A DNA stretch of 64,000 nt from Gonapodya sp. JEL0774 (GCA_027604505.1 JADIIX010000029.1:1-64000); one strand, 5' to 3'. Shown: positions 39,263-52,300, numbered from the stretch's first letter. The notes: generated by a model from the letters alone, not told the origin. Translations and numbers: made by a program.

Positions 39263-41889
39263 TCAAATCTTGTACAACTCCGTAATCCCCAGCAAGTGGA
39301 AACACTTTCTCATGATCACAGCCGTCGCTTCGCAAAGCACCAACCGGGAAGCCTCTGCCTCACCACTACCAATTACCCGACACTCCTGGTAGAACATGGT
39401 GAACTTTTCGGAAAGGTCGTATAAATACGACGTCAGCCTGTGAGGCATGAGCTCCTCCAAAGTAGCTTCCAGCGCCTCGCTGAATCGGCAGAGGTGTAAG
39501 GCAAGCTCAAACTCGCGCGGGTGCTCGAGCGTGGGGACTGTTTCACGCGCAAGCGCTGAGACATCCCGATTGGTCTTGCGAATAATGGACGAAATACGAG
39601 CGTGGGCATAGAGAAGGTAGACGGCTAATGTGTACACAGGTCGCGAGTTAAGCACTGTGACATCTAAGCATGATCAGAGATAGACATACCCGTGTCACCT
39701 TTAAGCGACAGCATGTTGTCGAAGCTGAAGCGATAGTTCGAAGTCCTGGAATTTTTTAAGTCCGCATACTTGACCGCACCTGTACAGAATGAACAGGTCG
39801 ACAATTCCGCCAAACACGTCAACTAGCGGTACAATTAGCACACAAAAAACCCACCATAGCCCATCGCAGATGCAGCATAATTGAGCTCTTCCGCAGTAAA
39901 TCCCGGAGCTCCACCCTCTTCGACATCAACAGCCCCTTCAGCTGCCGTCCAGAATTCCCTTATCGTTGCCGCACATCTCTCTTTGGCCTCATCCAGGAGC
40001 TCCACCAGCCTCACGACATCACCACTCCGAGTCTTAAACTTTTTCCCGTCCTCGCCAAGTACAAGACCGAATCCGACGTGACTCACACGGGGCTCCTGGT
40101 TCTCGTTTTTCGGAAGCCAGCCAGCCATTCGGCCCGCCGCGAAGACAAGGTCAAAGTGCGACGCCTGACCTATATCGGTAACATAAATGATCCACTGAGC
40201 CTTCTCGACGGTAAGGCGGTGTTTAAGCGCAGCCATGTCAGTCGTCCCATATCCGTATCCACCATCACTCTTACGAATAATGAGAGGGTCGGAACGGCCT
40301 TTCACAAACACGCACATAGCCCCTTCACTTTCTTGAGCGACATTTAGTTTCTGCAGCTCCTCTACCACGCCAGCCAACATGGGATTGTAAAAGCTCTCCC
40401 CTCGTTCCTGGATATTGGCGCCTAACCTGTCGTAGATTGCTTGAAACTCCCGTCGGCTCGCATCGCAGATCCTCTGCCACCTTCGTATCGAGCCAGGGTC
40501 CCCGCTCTGGAGCCGCGTAACGGCGAGACGTGCACGGGTCTTGAAATCCTCGTCCTTGTCGAAGCGGAACTTGGCAGCCCGGTACATCACTTGAAGGTCG
40601 GCGACGCGCTCTGTGTCCGGATCTAGCCCTTCGGCGTCTCCTGATGCGACGACGTCAGCCATGTACTCGATGAGCATGCCGAATTGTGTTCCCCAATCAC
40701 CAATGTGATTGAGACGGACCAGATCCACTCCACAAAACTCAAGGGAGCGCGCGAGAGTTTCGCCGATGATGGTGGACCTGAGATGCCCCACATGCATCTC
40801 CTTTGCGACGTTGGGAGAGCTGAAGTCTATAACCACGCGCTTCCCATAGTACTTCGATGGCGCAAGAATTTGTACACCCTCCGTCATGAACCGGTGGATG
40901 CGCTGGGCCAGGGTATGCGCGGTGACGCGTACATTAATGAAGCCGGCTCCGGCGATAGAGGTTGGCTCGAACGTAGTGTTTCCACCGCGGAAGAGGTTGG
41001 CGTCCAGGTTGCTCACGATCTTGCTGGCGATGTCTCGAGGGGATTTCACTCCGTTGGGCAGCGCATTTGCGGACTTGAGCTTCCCAAAAACAGACATGGA
41101 ATTGTTACATTGATAATGCACTCCTGCTTGAGCGGATTCGAAGACTTGGGCAAGGAGGAGAGGGTCTCCATCAGGTAGTGAGAACTTGCATTCCGTAATA
41201 GCGTTTTGGAAACACCTATGTACGATAGATCGAATGGAAGGAAGGAACTTCGGGGCATTTGAGGGAAGCATCGCTGTGGAGGGATCAACGAGAGGATCCC
41301 CAAGGATATTAGAAGACTCTTTGACACCGTTGACGGGAGGATTCTTGGGTACAGCGGATGTGAGTGCCACTTGCACGATAGATGATGCTTTCCTCGCAAT
41401 GTCTGATCCGTCGACAGCAGCAAACCACTGAGCGCCTGCTGTTCCGGGTTTGAGTGAAGCTTTTGATGCCTTCAGGAGATCCCAAGTGACGAAGTCACCG
41501 AGTGCCGGCGACCTTGAGCCAAAAAGGAATTGCCCGGATTGCTTCGTGGATTCTTCGAGTCGCTCCTCAACAACCCTTGATAGTACTGCAGTGTCCACCG
41601 TCTCCTTGCGACAAATGTCCAAAAAATCGTCCACGTCCCCCTGTTCTGCGAGTGAAAAATCGTCGTATGCCAAGTTCGACAGGCGAGCAAAGTAGCGAGA
41701 TATGTTGACCTTTCCGCGAAGGGTTACAAGTTTGCCGGAGGAAAGGGAATTGAATGTAACACTGGTTGGTCCAGTGGTTTGACGAAGGGAGAGTGGAGAC
41801 GCAAGGCTAGAGGACGTGGAAGGACAAGTGAGGATTGCTAGGACCTCCGCGTACGGCGGCGACGGGGCTGCGAATTCAATGACGACCAT
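39263..41889 (-). CDS. RARS1: Arginyl-tRNA synthetase with an N-terminal GST-like domain (2 introns near the 3' end)
   Basis: [22 protein letters not shown] (HIGH), [38 protein letters not shown] and [12 protein letters not shown]. Confidence 0.93.
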
Positions 41890-42275
41890 GAAGTTTTTCT
41901 ATTCCACACTTATCTTTTGTTTGGTGTTTGGGATGACCTGGGCACGGACACTCCACCCTCGAATCGAGAACGATTTTATCATGGTTTTGCTGCCGGCACT
42001 ACCGACACACATAAATAAAAAATTGAGATGGATGTTCAGGGGAATAATTATGGAAACGGGGCGGCGAAATCGTTTCTCTTAGTTTGTACTCTGGTTCATT
42101 AGTGACACCGCGCTGCTGGAAGAGACGTGCGGTGCTCGCGGGTACCTGCTATCGTCTCCAGTCAATGGATGCCGATAGATGCCGATTTTGCGTTATAAAA
42201 AGATTAGGCCCCCTGTTGTTTTCGGCACGATTTATTGCCGTAGATCACGTTCAATATCAATCACCCAAGTTCCCG

Positions 42276-44084
42276 ATGATGTACCAAACTCTCCTTAATG
42301 CTCGCATCCGTGCCGGTAACCCTGTTAAAGTCGGTCTCATTGGTGCGGGCAAATTTGGAAGGTATGTACCCGAATCATCATTGAAATGCGCTCGCCAATC
42401 TGATGCTTCGCATAAATCAGCATGTTTTTAAACCAAGTCCCCACTACCCCCGGTCTCGTCTGCGTCTGCATCGCTGATTTGTCGGTTGACAGGGCGAAAT
42501 TAGCTTGTGCTGAAGTCGGGTGGTCATCTGAGCGTATCACAGAGACTGTTTTCGTCGCGAACTCGATGGAATTATTTGGAAGGGATGATGTAGAGGTGGT
42601 CGTCGAGGCGACCGGAGATCCTGCAGTGGGAATTGCACACGCAAAGGTACGGACACGCATTGGGTTTCGGGAGGAATCACTTTTTGGAATGACTTTGGGG
42701 TGTAAACTTGCTTGTTCAGGCGGCGATTAAACACAAGAAGCACATCGTCATGGTGAACGTTGAGGCAGATGTTTTGGCGGTAAGTCTTTCCGAATTACGG
42801 ACAAGACAGTCGAGTTTCAAAGGAGTCCCACTCTTTTTTTTGCAGGGGCCACTTCTTGCCCAGGAGGCTCGTTCTGCAGGCATCGTGTACTCCCTAGCAT
42901 ATGGTGAGGTCCTACCCAAGTACAGTTATCTCGAACGAGCCCTTAATCGTTAATTGCTTCCACGCCACTTGCCACCGCAGGAGACCAGCCTGCTTTAGTG
43001 TGTGAGCTTGTTGACTGGGCGCGCTCGTGTGGATTTGACGTCGTGTGTGCCGGAAAGGGGACAAAGTATCTCCCGGAATACCACGCGGTCACTCCCAGTG
43101 GAGTATGGGAGCATTACGGAATACATCCTGAAGAGGCTAAGAAGGCTGGAATGAACTCTCAGGTGAGTCCATTTGAATGATCACGAATCGTGCTTGACTT
43201 GCAGGTCTGGGGAGCTGACACTCAAAGTGCTTATCAATTTTCTCACGATGGGACCCCAGATGTTCAACTCGTTCCTCGATGGTACCAAATCCGCCATTGA
43301 AATGACCGCAATTTCAAACGCGACTGGCCTCCTTCCTCCATCCAACGGTCTCTTGTTCCCGCCCTGTAGCGCCGATGACCTGCCCAACATTCTCCGACCC
43401 CAATCTGATGGCGGGGTGCTGGACAAGGCTGGTACCGTCGAGGTTGTCAGCTCCCTTTTCCGCGATGGCAGCCAAGTGCCTCGGGATTTGCGTTGGGGCG
43501 TATATGTGGTGCTCAAGGCCTCAAACGAATATGCAAGATCGTGTTTCAAGCAGTACGGTATGAAAACAGATGAAAGCGGGTGGTATGCATCCCAGTGGAA
43601 GCCATATCACCTCATTGGACGTGAGTGGGGAGAAGATGCGCAGCATCCCATGATGTCATTGTTTTGATCACCGGTTCTCGCCTCTATTTCACTTGATGTA
43701 CCATGATCAGTCGAGCTGAATATTTCAATTTTCAGCGCCGCCCTGTTCAAGGTTCCCACCGGGCAGCCCCTTGGCTTCATTGCCGACGTTGTTTCAATCG
43801 CGAAGCGAAACTTGGCCCCCGGAGACATGCTCGACGGTGAAGGTGGGTTCACCGTTTGGGGTAAAGTGGTTCCAGCGACCACGTCGCTGTCCTTGAAGGC
43901 TTTACCGATCGGGCTCGCCCATGGGGTGAAAATGGCACGGGAGGTAACAGAAGGCGGAGTGGTGAGCTGGGAAGATGTCGATGTTACTGGGTTGAGTGGG
44001 TTGAAAAGAGAAGCAGTGGATTACCGTAGGAGGATGGAGGTGATCTTTGGAGTTGTCGGATCTTCGAATGGTGGTGTGCAGTAG
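42276..44084 (+). CDS. Homoserine-dehydrogenase-like NAD(P) oxidoreductase with a C-terminal SAF domain (COG4091-type; spliced)
   Basis: VGLIGAGKFG Rossmann motif, VVVEATGDP, VMVNVEAD, YSLAYGDQP, AGKGTKY, MFNSFLDGTKSAIEM, PYHLIG, AKRNLAPGDMLDGEGGFTVWG and LPIGLA. Confidence 0.85.
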
Positions 44085-44691
44085 AATTAGTACTGTAGGT
44101 TCCATAAGACCGTAAAAGATCCTCCCAGAGTGATTTTATCGTCGTGAAACGTACGTCTAGGTGCTGAGCCCGCCCCGCTGTTGGACTCATCCTCATCACC
44201 AAACCAAACGCAGTGTAATGGGACGGAGAAACCGACCGAATCGTTCACAATTTCACAATTGGGACTGCTATAACAAGTAGGTCATTGCACAGGGCTGCTG
44301 AGCGCTGGCCGGCCGGCCGGCGATGGAGATCAAGGTCGCCTCCAAACATGGTACTGTGTCGTTCTCACGAAAACTGAATATGAATATTGGGTCACAATTA
44401 CACAAGTCTCGGCATCCAATTACACGCAATAACAGACAGTGTCGAAATCATACGTAAAGTAGGGAGCGAGCGGGAGGCGGGGGGGGTGGGGGTGGGGGGC
44501 GTGACCAAGGGAACGGATAGAAGTTGGAGGGCGGAGATGGCATTGCAAACAATGTAATGTGGGAGGTGAGCAGATCCAGGACGTCGTTGGTTTTCACAAA
44601 AACCGATGTAGTGATGGAACAAGACTGAGTGGCGGGAAGATTACCGTCAGATATGTCTGACGGAAGCCCAGTCACGTTGATGTGGACTTGT

Positions 44692-46147
44692 TTACTTCTA
44701 TACGAGGTAAGAACATATGAAAGATGGGGAAGCGCCATTTGTTAGCGCATGATATACCTTTTTGGGTGCTGCCTTCTTCGCGGACGCCGCGGCTTTCTTT
44801 GGTGCGGCTTTTGGGGGCGCCTTTGCTGTGGGCGCGGGAGCGCCAGCCTTCTTCATAACACAGAAGAGAAAGAAGTTTCACTCCGAGAATTCTCAACAAA
44901 CAAAAATTTGACCGCACAAACCTTGGCGGCAACTTTCGCCTTAGCTGGTGCCTTCCTCGCAGCCGAAGTTTTCTTGGGAGTAGCATCCACTTTCTTGGAG
45001 GGTGCGGTCTTCTTGCGAGTAGCTGCTTTCTTGGTAGCGGTGACCTTCTTAGGGGCATCCTCCTTTGCCGGGGTGACGGCTTTCTTTGGAGCAGCCTTGG
45101 CAGCGGCAACTTTCTTAGGGGGTGGCGCGGTCTTTAGGGGAGAACACCAAGTGAGGGATGTTAGTACTTATCACTTCAGATGGATGCAGTGCGCTGTTTA
45201 CGCACCTTTTTTGGTGCCACTGATTTTTTGGAAGGGGCAGCTTTCTTGGGTTCGGCAGCCTTGTTCGGAGAAGCGGCACCAGGACGGAAGTGTGAAAATA
45301 ATTCGAGCTACATCTCATTGATCCACCAAAACGAATAGACAATACATACCTTTTCCCGTGGAGCAGCAGCAGACTTCTAATTTTGGTGGGAGTAGTACCA
45401 CAGAACCGATTATCAGGAGTGCCCCATAAAAACAAAAATCCCAGAACATGCCTTCTCCTTGGGTGCAGCCTTCGGCTTGGTCGTCGCCTTCTTTGAAGAC
45501 TTCTTCTCCTCCGTGTTTTCGTCGGCTTTGGCAAGTTTCACGGGCCCTGTGGGCGTATCGACCCGGTCGGAAGCTAGATATAAATAAACCAATCAATAAA
45601 AACGAAGAGAGGCCACTCACCACTGGGGCCTTTTGGGAGAACGAAGGCGCCGGAATCGACACCCTTCTTGACGGCAAGCGCATACTCGTCATCAAACTCT
45701 GCGATGAACAACGCTCAATAGGTGAGCAACGGACAAATACAAAAACATAGAGGTCTTACTCACTCTCTCCGAGTCCCTGATGAGACCGATGGGGGAATTA
45801 CAATTAGGAAGAGTTGAGAGAGATTCGACCACGTTGGAAGGTGAATTCACCTTGTAGTTGGCGTGAATATACTTTTTAATAGCACTGCGAGTAGAACCAT
45901 TTCGTTCCTGGCAAAGAATATCCACGCAAGATATGATAAGCTTTCCAAATGTGGATTCTTTTGAGAAATGGAGTACAAACCTTGAGGTTGGTGATTGCCT
46001 GAAAAAAATTGGTAGAATCAGGGTGGTTTCCCGTCACCTGTGAGTACAACTGATAAAGGAGAGCAACTGATGGAGACTGACTTGTATAATCATATCCACG
46101 TAGGGAGGGTGTTCTGCAGGCACTTCAGCGGAAGAGGTTTCTCCCAT
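44692..46147 (-). CDS. HHO1: Linker histone H1 (spliced)
   Basis: Globular domain HPPYVDMIIQ|AITNLK|ERNGSTRSAIKKYI...KKGVDSGAFVLPKGPS, followed by a K/A/P-rich tail (KKVAAAKAAPKKAVTP...). Confidence 0.88.
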
Positions 46148-47785
46148 CTGTTGCGAACAGAACAGGGACCTATTAAAGTTCACAAAAATGAAAATTACGG
46201 CTAAAATAAACGTACAACAGACTCTTCGTGGATAACTTTCTTGGGAGCGGCCTGTGAAAGGGTGTGTAAACGCGGAGGTTAGTTCGGCAACCAAGTGGCG
46301 GAAAGTAACAATTCAAGACGATGCCCCCACCAGGGTCCGCCATAGGATTAAATCAACGAATTCAATAACGAGTTGCCGCCATCGAGTCCGACTACATCAG
46401 TCGAAATGCGACATGAGGTTGCACGAAACACCAAACTCAAGATTCAGAAGCTGACAAGCATCGCAAAGACTCCAACCAGGAAATCATTCAACAATAGTGT
46501 CACATCATGCGATCACCGTGAGATCCAGGCGCGATTGACCCTCCAAAGCCAGAAATTGCACGGCCGCGATGTGGGCGGAACTGACTACTCACCTTTGATT
46601 TGGCAGATTTTGACATCGCGATGTTATACTAGCTTGATTCTAGAGAAGTAGCGGTGGTTTGATGGTGGTTGGAGAGATTGACTGGTACGTACTCGAACTT
46701 GGTGGGCGTTCCGCCTCTCGGTCGTGCACGGTGCAAGACCTGTCTGGCGACAACAAACGTTTCGGAAAACGAACATCCCAGGAGAGTGATCCAAGTGAAC
46801 CTGATGGTGATGTTTGGGGATGTATGAAGACGGGATGAACGAGTAATGAACAAGGAGCAATGACAGTCACTGATCAAGGGACTACAACTCGATCAAGTGC
46901 ATTTCCACATACACACTTCCTTTTAGTACACAGGAGTAATGGGCTGGGGCTGGCTGGCTGTTGATATTCGGGGAGAGTTTGGGTCAATTTATGCAAGGGC
47001 TTTTTAGCTCACTCGGTGGTAGAATCACTGAATCATGTATATAGTTACGTCCTCCACCTCTGCATTAGGACCACCATAACAGGTAGGTCATTGCAGAGGG
47101 CGTTCTGGGATGCGCCGGCCGCAAGGTGCGCGGAGAATTACCGTCACCCTCCCAAGGCCTAGGGACTTGCTGGTCGAGGCACATTCTTGAGATGGACATT
47201 GGATTATGCAGCTCCACCCCCCCCTTCATCTCAGGAGTGTCATGTTGCCCAACATTAGCCGTGGCCCTGCTTAATACCAGTCTGAAACTATTTATTGATT
47301 TGCATTCAAATCGACAGTGGTCTTCCCTTCGCTCATGCGCACATGAAGGCTCCGTCGGTATTCTTCTAATGTTGTTTTGCTACTATGTACATCTGACATC
47401 AGATCTTATATTTATGGACGCACGCCCACCACCCGATCAACCAGCACCTGAAGCTTCAAGTTGGCTCTGCCCTTGTTGCTGGTATCGCGCAACACCTTGA
47501 TGAGCGTCAGAATGATCCCCTCCAGTTCCTCGGAGAGTAGTTGATCCACAGGGAAGATCAAACACTGGCAGACTGCTCAGAGTACGGGAGGCAGCGAAGA
47601 ACGGCAGAGACTCTCGATGACAAAATAAAGGGTAAGAGGCTCGGATCCATGATAGTAGGCTACTAGCTCATTTACGTAGCTTAGCAAAATCAACTATTTG
47701 TCTGGTACATGTTGCATTGTACATAATAGTACATAAATATTGGACTGAAAGTGACAGGTAATGTTCACAGCGTCGATCCACAAAT

Positions 47786-50120
47786 ATGTCCAACCACTCT
47801 CTGCCTGTTTCTGATCAAAGTTCAAACGCGATTTCTGTCGATGCGAAGCCACATCTGGACAATGACTCCCCTGCTAACAATGGATGCGAGGAGTACGGGG
47901 GGGAAGAGGACATCGACGCCGATACTCAAGCACTCCTTGGACAAAACGATAGTGGAGATTTTTCTGGAGTGCAACAAAATATCAACTATCATTCTAGGTC
48001 TCAGAGTGGACCTTCTTCTGGTCCCGTTTCAAATTCAGACATGGAGTTCGGAGAAGATCTGCAATTTTATATGCATCAGATGTACTCCATACTAAAGCCG
48101 GTCGCTGCGTGTATCATCCTGTCTGTAGTATGGGTTAAGGTCGTCAGAGGCGGTGGCGACGATGGAGGGTGAGTGGACAGGATTTCCAATTGCACAAATT
48201 GGGTATCGTTTTCATGCATAGGAAGCAAGATATCGTTTGAACATCTCTCTGTCATTGGAAATTTCTCTCACATAGAGAAGGGAGAGGGGTGTTCCCATAA
48301 TGTCAACAGCAAAGAGGAAATATGTAGATGATGGATCCAAGGGGATAGAGCGACGGATGTCTGCAAGACCGATGGACCTCTCTGATTTGGCATTCATCGC
48401 ATTGGCTCATCGAAACTCTTCACAACTGACTCGCTGGCTTAGCTACGCCCCGGTAGCCTACCAGTACGTGGGTGGCAACACTGACGATCGCACCACACCC
48501 AGCTCACAGGAGTTGTTCGATGCAGCAGCTAATGCATTAATTATACTCTCCCAAATTATTGTGGCCACTTTCATCATCATGGCTCTCTTCTACTACAACT
48601 TCATGCGGGTGCTTTCCGGTTTCTTTGTATTTGTGGTACTTACATTACTTTGGCTGAATGGTTACGCCCTCATGGCTGGAATCTGCTACAAACTCAACAC
48701 ATCACTGGACTTGCCCAGCGCAGTGTTCATGATTTGGAACTTGGCCATTGGTGGCGTCCTTGTCATTTTCTGGAAAGGGCCGCTGTGGGTCCAGCAGTGG
48801 TACCTGGTATTTATGAGCAGTTTGATGGCATTCAGTTTTACTGGTATGGCGGAGTGGACCACTTGGATTCTCCTCGGCTTTCTGGCGGTATGGGGTAAGT
48901 TGCAACTTTCTTCAATGCAGCAATGTGGTGTGGTCTCACCAAAGCGTGCACCGAAATCAACCAATTTACCACGCTGAACTCGATTACCCCAATTTGCGTT
49001 TGACTCGTACTTGCACCGTCTCAGACCTCTTCGCAGTACTGAGCCCTTACGGCCCGCTTCGTATCTTGGTGGAGTCCTCGCGAAGCCAAAACCGTGATGT
49101 CCCGGGGTTACTCTACACTGCAATGGTTTGGATTATGGCGAGCGAGCCTGCTGCGTTTGTTCCGGTGACATTGCCCTCGAAGGTGTCGGACTCAGTACCG
49201 ACGCCCGATGTGAATCGAATTCCTCCGATAAAATCGCCAAGCGGCCTCCTGGGTGGCTCCCGAGCAGCTTTGTGGTCAGAATACTCGAAAAACTTGCGAT
49301 CTTCGGAGAGAGGAATCCCGCTTGCTCTCTTGGCAACCAAGGATGACAACAGATTGGCACACGTCCAGGACTCTTACCACGCGACAGAGAGTCACGAGGA
49401 CGAAAATGAAGATGAGGATACACATGGTGTATTGCCAGATGACGAGCTGATTGCTGAGGGGACGGCGCTCTTGAACGCACAGGAGCACGGGGACAGCCAG
49501 GGGAGGTATTCAGTTGACATTGAATACGGACGATTGGAGAGGCGGAGATATTCAGTGGGGCTTGTCACGCCAGATGCGATGCGAGAACAACGACACACCC
49601 AAATGGAGCATGATCAGGAGGCGGAAGAGGAAGACGAGAGGAGTGGCTTGAAACTAGGGCTAGGGGACTTTGTGTTCTATTCCGTCATGGTTTCGAGAGC
49701 TGGTGGGTGATGCGTTTGCAGGGTTCTTGACGAGTTTCGAAGTGATAACTGCTTATTTGGTTATCTGCTGGACACCCATTGCATTTCCAACCACCAATTT
49801 TACACCAATGGTGGCATGATCTCCTGCGCGAAATCCCAAACGGCACCGGAGCAGCTCTTTTTACCTGGCCGACAACCACCACCACGGCACTTTCAGCTGT
49901 GACGGGTCTCACAATGACAATTTTTTTGCTGGCAATATTCCGCAAAGCTCTGCCAGCGCTTCCAATCTCCATCGCTTTGGGACTGATGTTTTATTTCGCG
50001 ACAAGGGTACTGGTGATTCCGTTTCTGGAAGGCTTGGTTGGCTGGCATGTGGTCGATGACTCGCATAGTTGGGAAGCTTTGAAGGTGGGGAAGGCTGTAG
50101 GGATGGTTGTGTTTGTATAG
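47786..50120 (+). CDS. PSEN: Presenilin (GxGD intramembrane aspartyl protease; spliced)
   Basis: EWTTWILL...W|DLFAVLSPYGPLRILVE (first catalytic Asp), GLKLGLGDFVFYS (second Asp) and KALPALPISI (PAL motif). Confidence 0.92.
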
Positions 50121-50525
50121 CAAGTGCTTTTGCGGAGCGGTGACTGCCACCGAAATATGGCGGATGTTTGTAATATGGCATAGACATAGACATCGCTTTG
50201 CCATTTTATTTCTACATATACGAGGCCATAAATATTGCGCATAGGCAAACTCTCTTTGCGCAGTGCCATTCGATCATGATACATATTAGTGACAGAGCGA
50301 ATCCCCCCGATTCCCAATTCTTCTCCACAGCTTGATCCTTTGATTTCAGGAGGAATATCTTTCTTCCCGGCTTCAGACTTTGTAGCACTGCGGCTTATTT
50401 CAATACCCCCGGTCTGTTCCTTGATCCTGCCACTCTCCAACTTGACGCCACGACTGGGACACAGGATTGCCCATTTTCGACAGTCGATGTGATGGAATTG
50501 AAAAAACTGCGCGTAGAATACTGGG

Positions 50526-52300
50526 ATGGTAGGCAACATCAGAGACAATGCTAAGGTAATTGCTGTAGGTCCAGCTGTTATACTCATCCTGCATGACTCC
50601 CTCCAAGGCATCAAAATTGTGATCCTGCGCGAAAATACGCTCCCTCAATCTTATCAAGAGTTCATCGCACTTCTCTACGGGAAAATTCCACCACTAGAGT
50701 CTGCGGCGAGCCGATACGGTCTGCGAATGCGTTACAGAGAGTACACTGATGTCAGACCTATCGGTTTTGCCCTCGAGTCTGATGACGACTTGGAGGCCAT
50801 GTACCAGTCCGGAGAGAGCTTCATCATCACGGTGGAACTGGAAGAGGTGAGCTAAGTTGTTGAGAATGTATAAATTTCAAACATTTTGGGTTTGAGCTGA
50901 CCCATCTCACACATCATCTGTGTATTAAGCCCGAATCAGAAGACCTGCACAACAACGCTTCATTGTTGCCGAATGCTCCACCTCAGTCACATCAACCATA
51001 CGAACCCACAACGTTTAGGAATCCTCAGGCAATGCGAATACCACTAGCGCCTCAGCTCCCGCATGGTACACTACTTTACGAATCCACCCATTCCACGAGT
51101 GTGCCTGCTTGGCCTCCACAGTCTACAGTATCCTCGCTCGGCCAGGCACCTAGTCAGCCAGCATTTCGAAGCCCAAGCGACTCTTTCCAATCCTTCATCG
51201 CTCCCGCTGCCAGTGAAAATCGGATTTTCTACGGTGCCGCGCCACCCAGCCCACCCAGCTCTGTTTCCACGGTCCAATCAGGATCCGCGACGATGAGCTC
51301 AATGTCTCAGAGTATCTCAGGAGGAAGCTCGACGCTCTACTCCTCAAATTCATCGCAATTTCGTTTATCGGGGCCATCGCCGAGTGGTAGTGGACAGGAG
51401 CTGGCTCTCCGTCCCAGTCAAATCGGGGGAGGTACCAAGATCCCCGTCCCCAAAAATCAATCCGAACCGTGAGAATCACCAGAGTTGATCCAATCTCACC
51501 GCATCTGAAGAAGACGAAAATGTCGGCTTTTCTCATGTGATGTTCTTGCTTTTCATTTAGGGTGGTTGTTGCACTAGCTGGGCGAGAGTACGCTTTTCCC
51601 ATCGTCTGGAACAACACCGTCAAGCACGGAACGGAGGAAGCCATGAGTGTACTTGGAAAGGCGGAGTGGGCTGCTCAGAGGAGCTGGGGTTACAAGCAAG
51701 TGAGTGATCAGGGTGTGCATTATTTTGAAATATCGAAATACTTCAATTCACCCTCCGGCCTTTGCTCACACATCAGATAAGCTATAGTGACACGGACCTG
51801 TCAATTATCTATGGTCCCAGGGAAAGTAGCTTTAGCAAACTGAAAGGTGCAACCCGGTACACTTTTGTGAGTTTGGACTTCGCCTGATTTGCACATTACG
51901 AGTCTCATAAGCTAAGAGTCCTCTTCCTGCTGTCACCATACTTTTGTCTCATTCATTTTACTGTTTTTCCATCCAGACACTGTTGTTCAATTCGCGTCCT
52001 CTTTTTCAGGCAGCACTGAGCAAGTACCCGCGAAAGCTCGAAACTCTCGGACTCGCGGATTTCAAGAGTTTTCTTATAGATCCAGTATCGCGTATCGCAA
52101 AAGAAGACGTTGTGACCGAATGGGCGATTATACAACCACCATCCGCCCTCCAAACGGAATCAGCCTTTACCGGGAAGGAGTATCACTGCTGCTATTTGAT
52201 CAAGGATTCAAAATCCCAATTGTCTGAAGTCACCAGAAGGAGGCTAGAAAAGTGGATCGTCAAGGCGCTGGGCGAACAGGGTTACTGGCGCGGTCGATAG
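50526..52300 (+). CDS. Hypothetical protein with an N-terminal PB1-like domain and a P/S-rich linker (spliced)
   Basis: LRMRYREY...ALESDDDLEAM resembles the acidic PB1 OPCA motif. Successive + strand exons have GT-AG boundaries. Confidence 0.55.

Noticed and set aside
44749..45321. 190 aa hydrophobic + strand ORF resembling a membrane protein
   Set aside because: It is the antisense of the Lys/Ala-rich histone H1 tail.
47057..47100. SECIS element or selenoprotein signal (minus-strand ATGA in a hairpin)
   Set aside because: There is no opposing GA for the non-Watson-Crick quartet, and I found no convincing in-frame TGA gene nearby.
47410..47650. Small minus-strand gene upstream of presenilin
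   Set aside because: The protein-like stretch is ~50 codons with no in-frame ATG or recognisable family, so support is insufficient.
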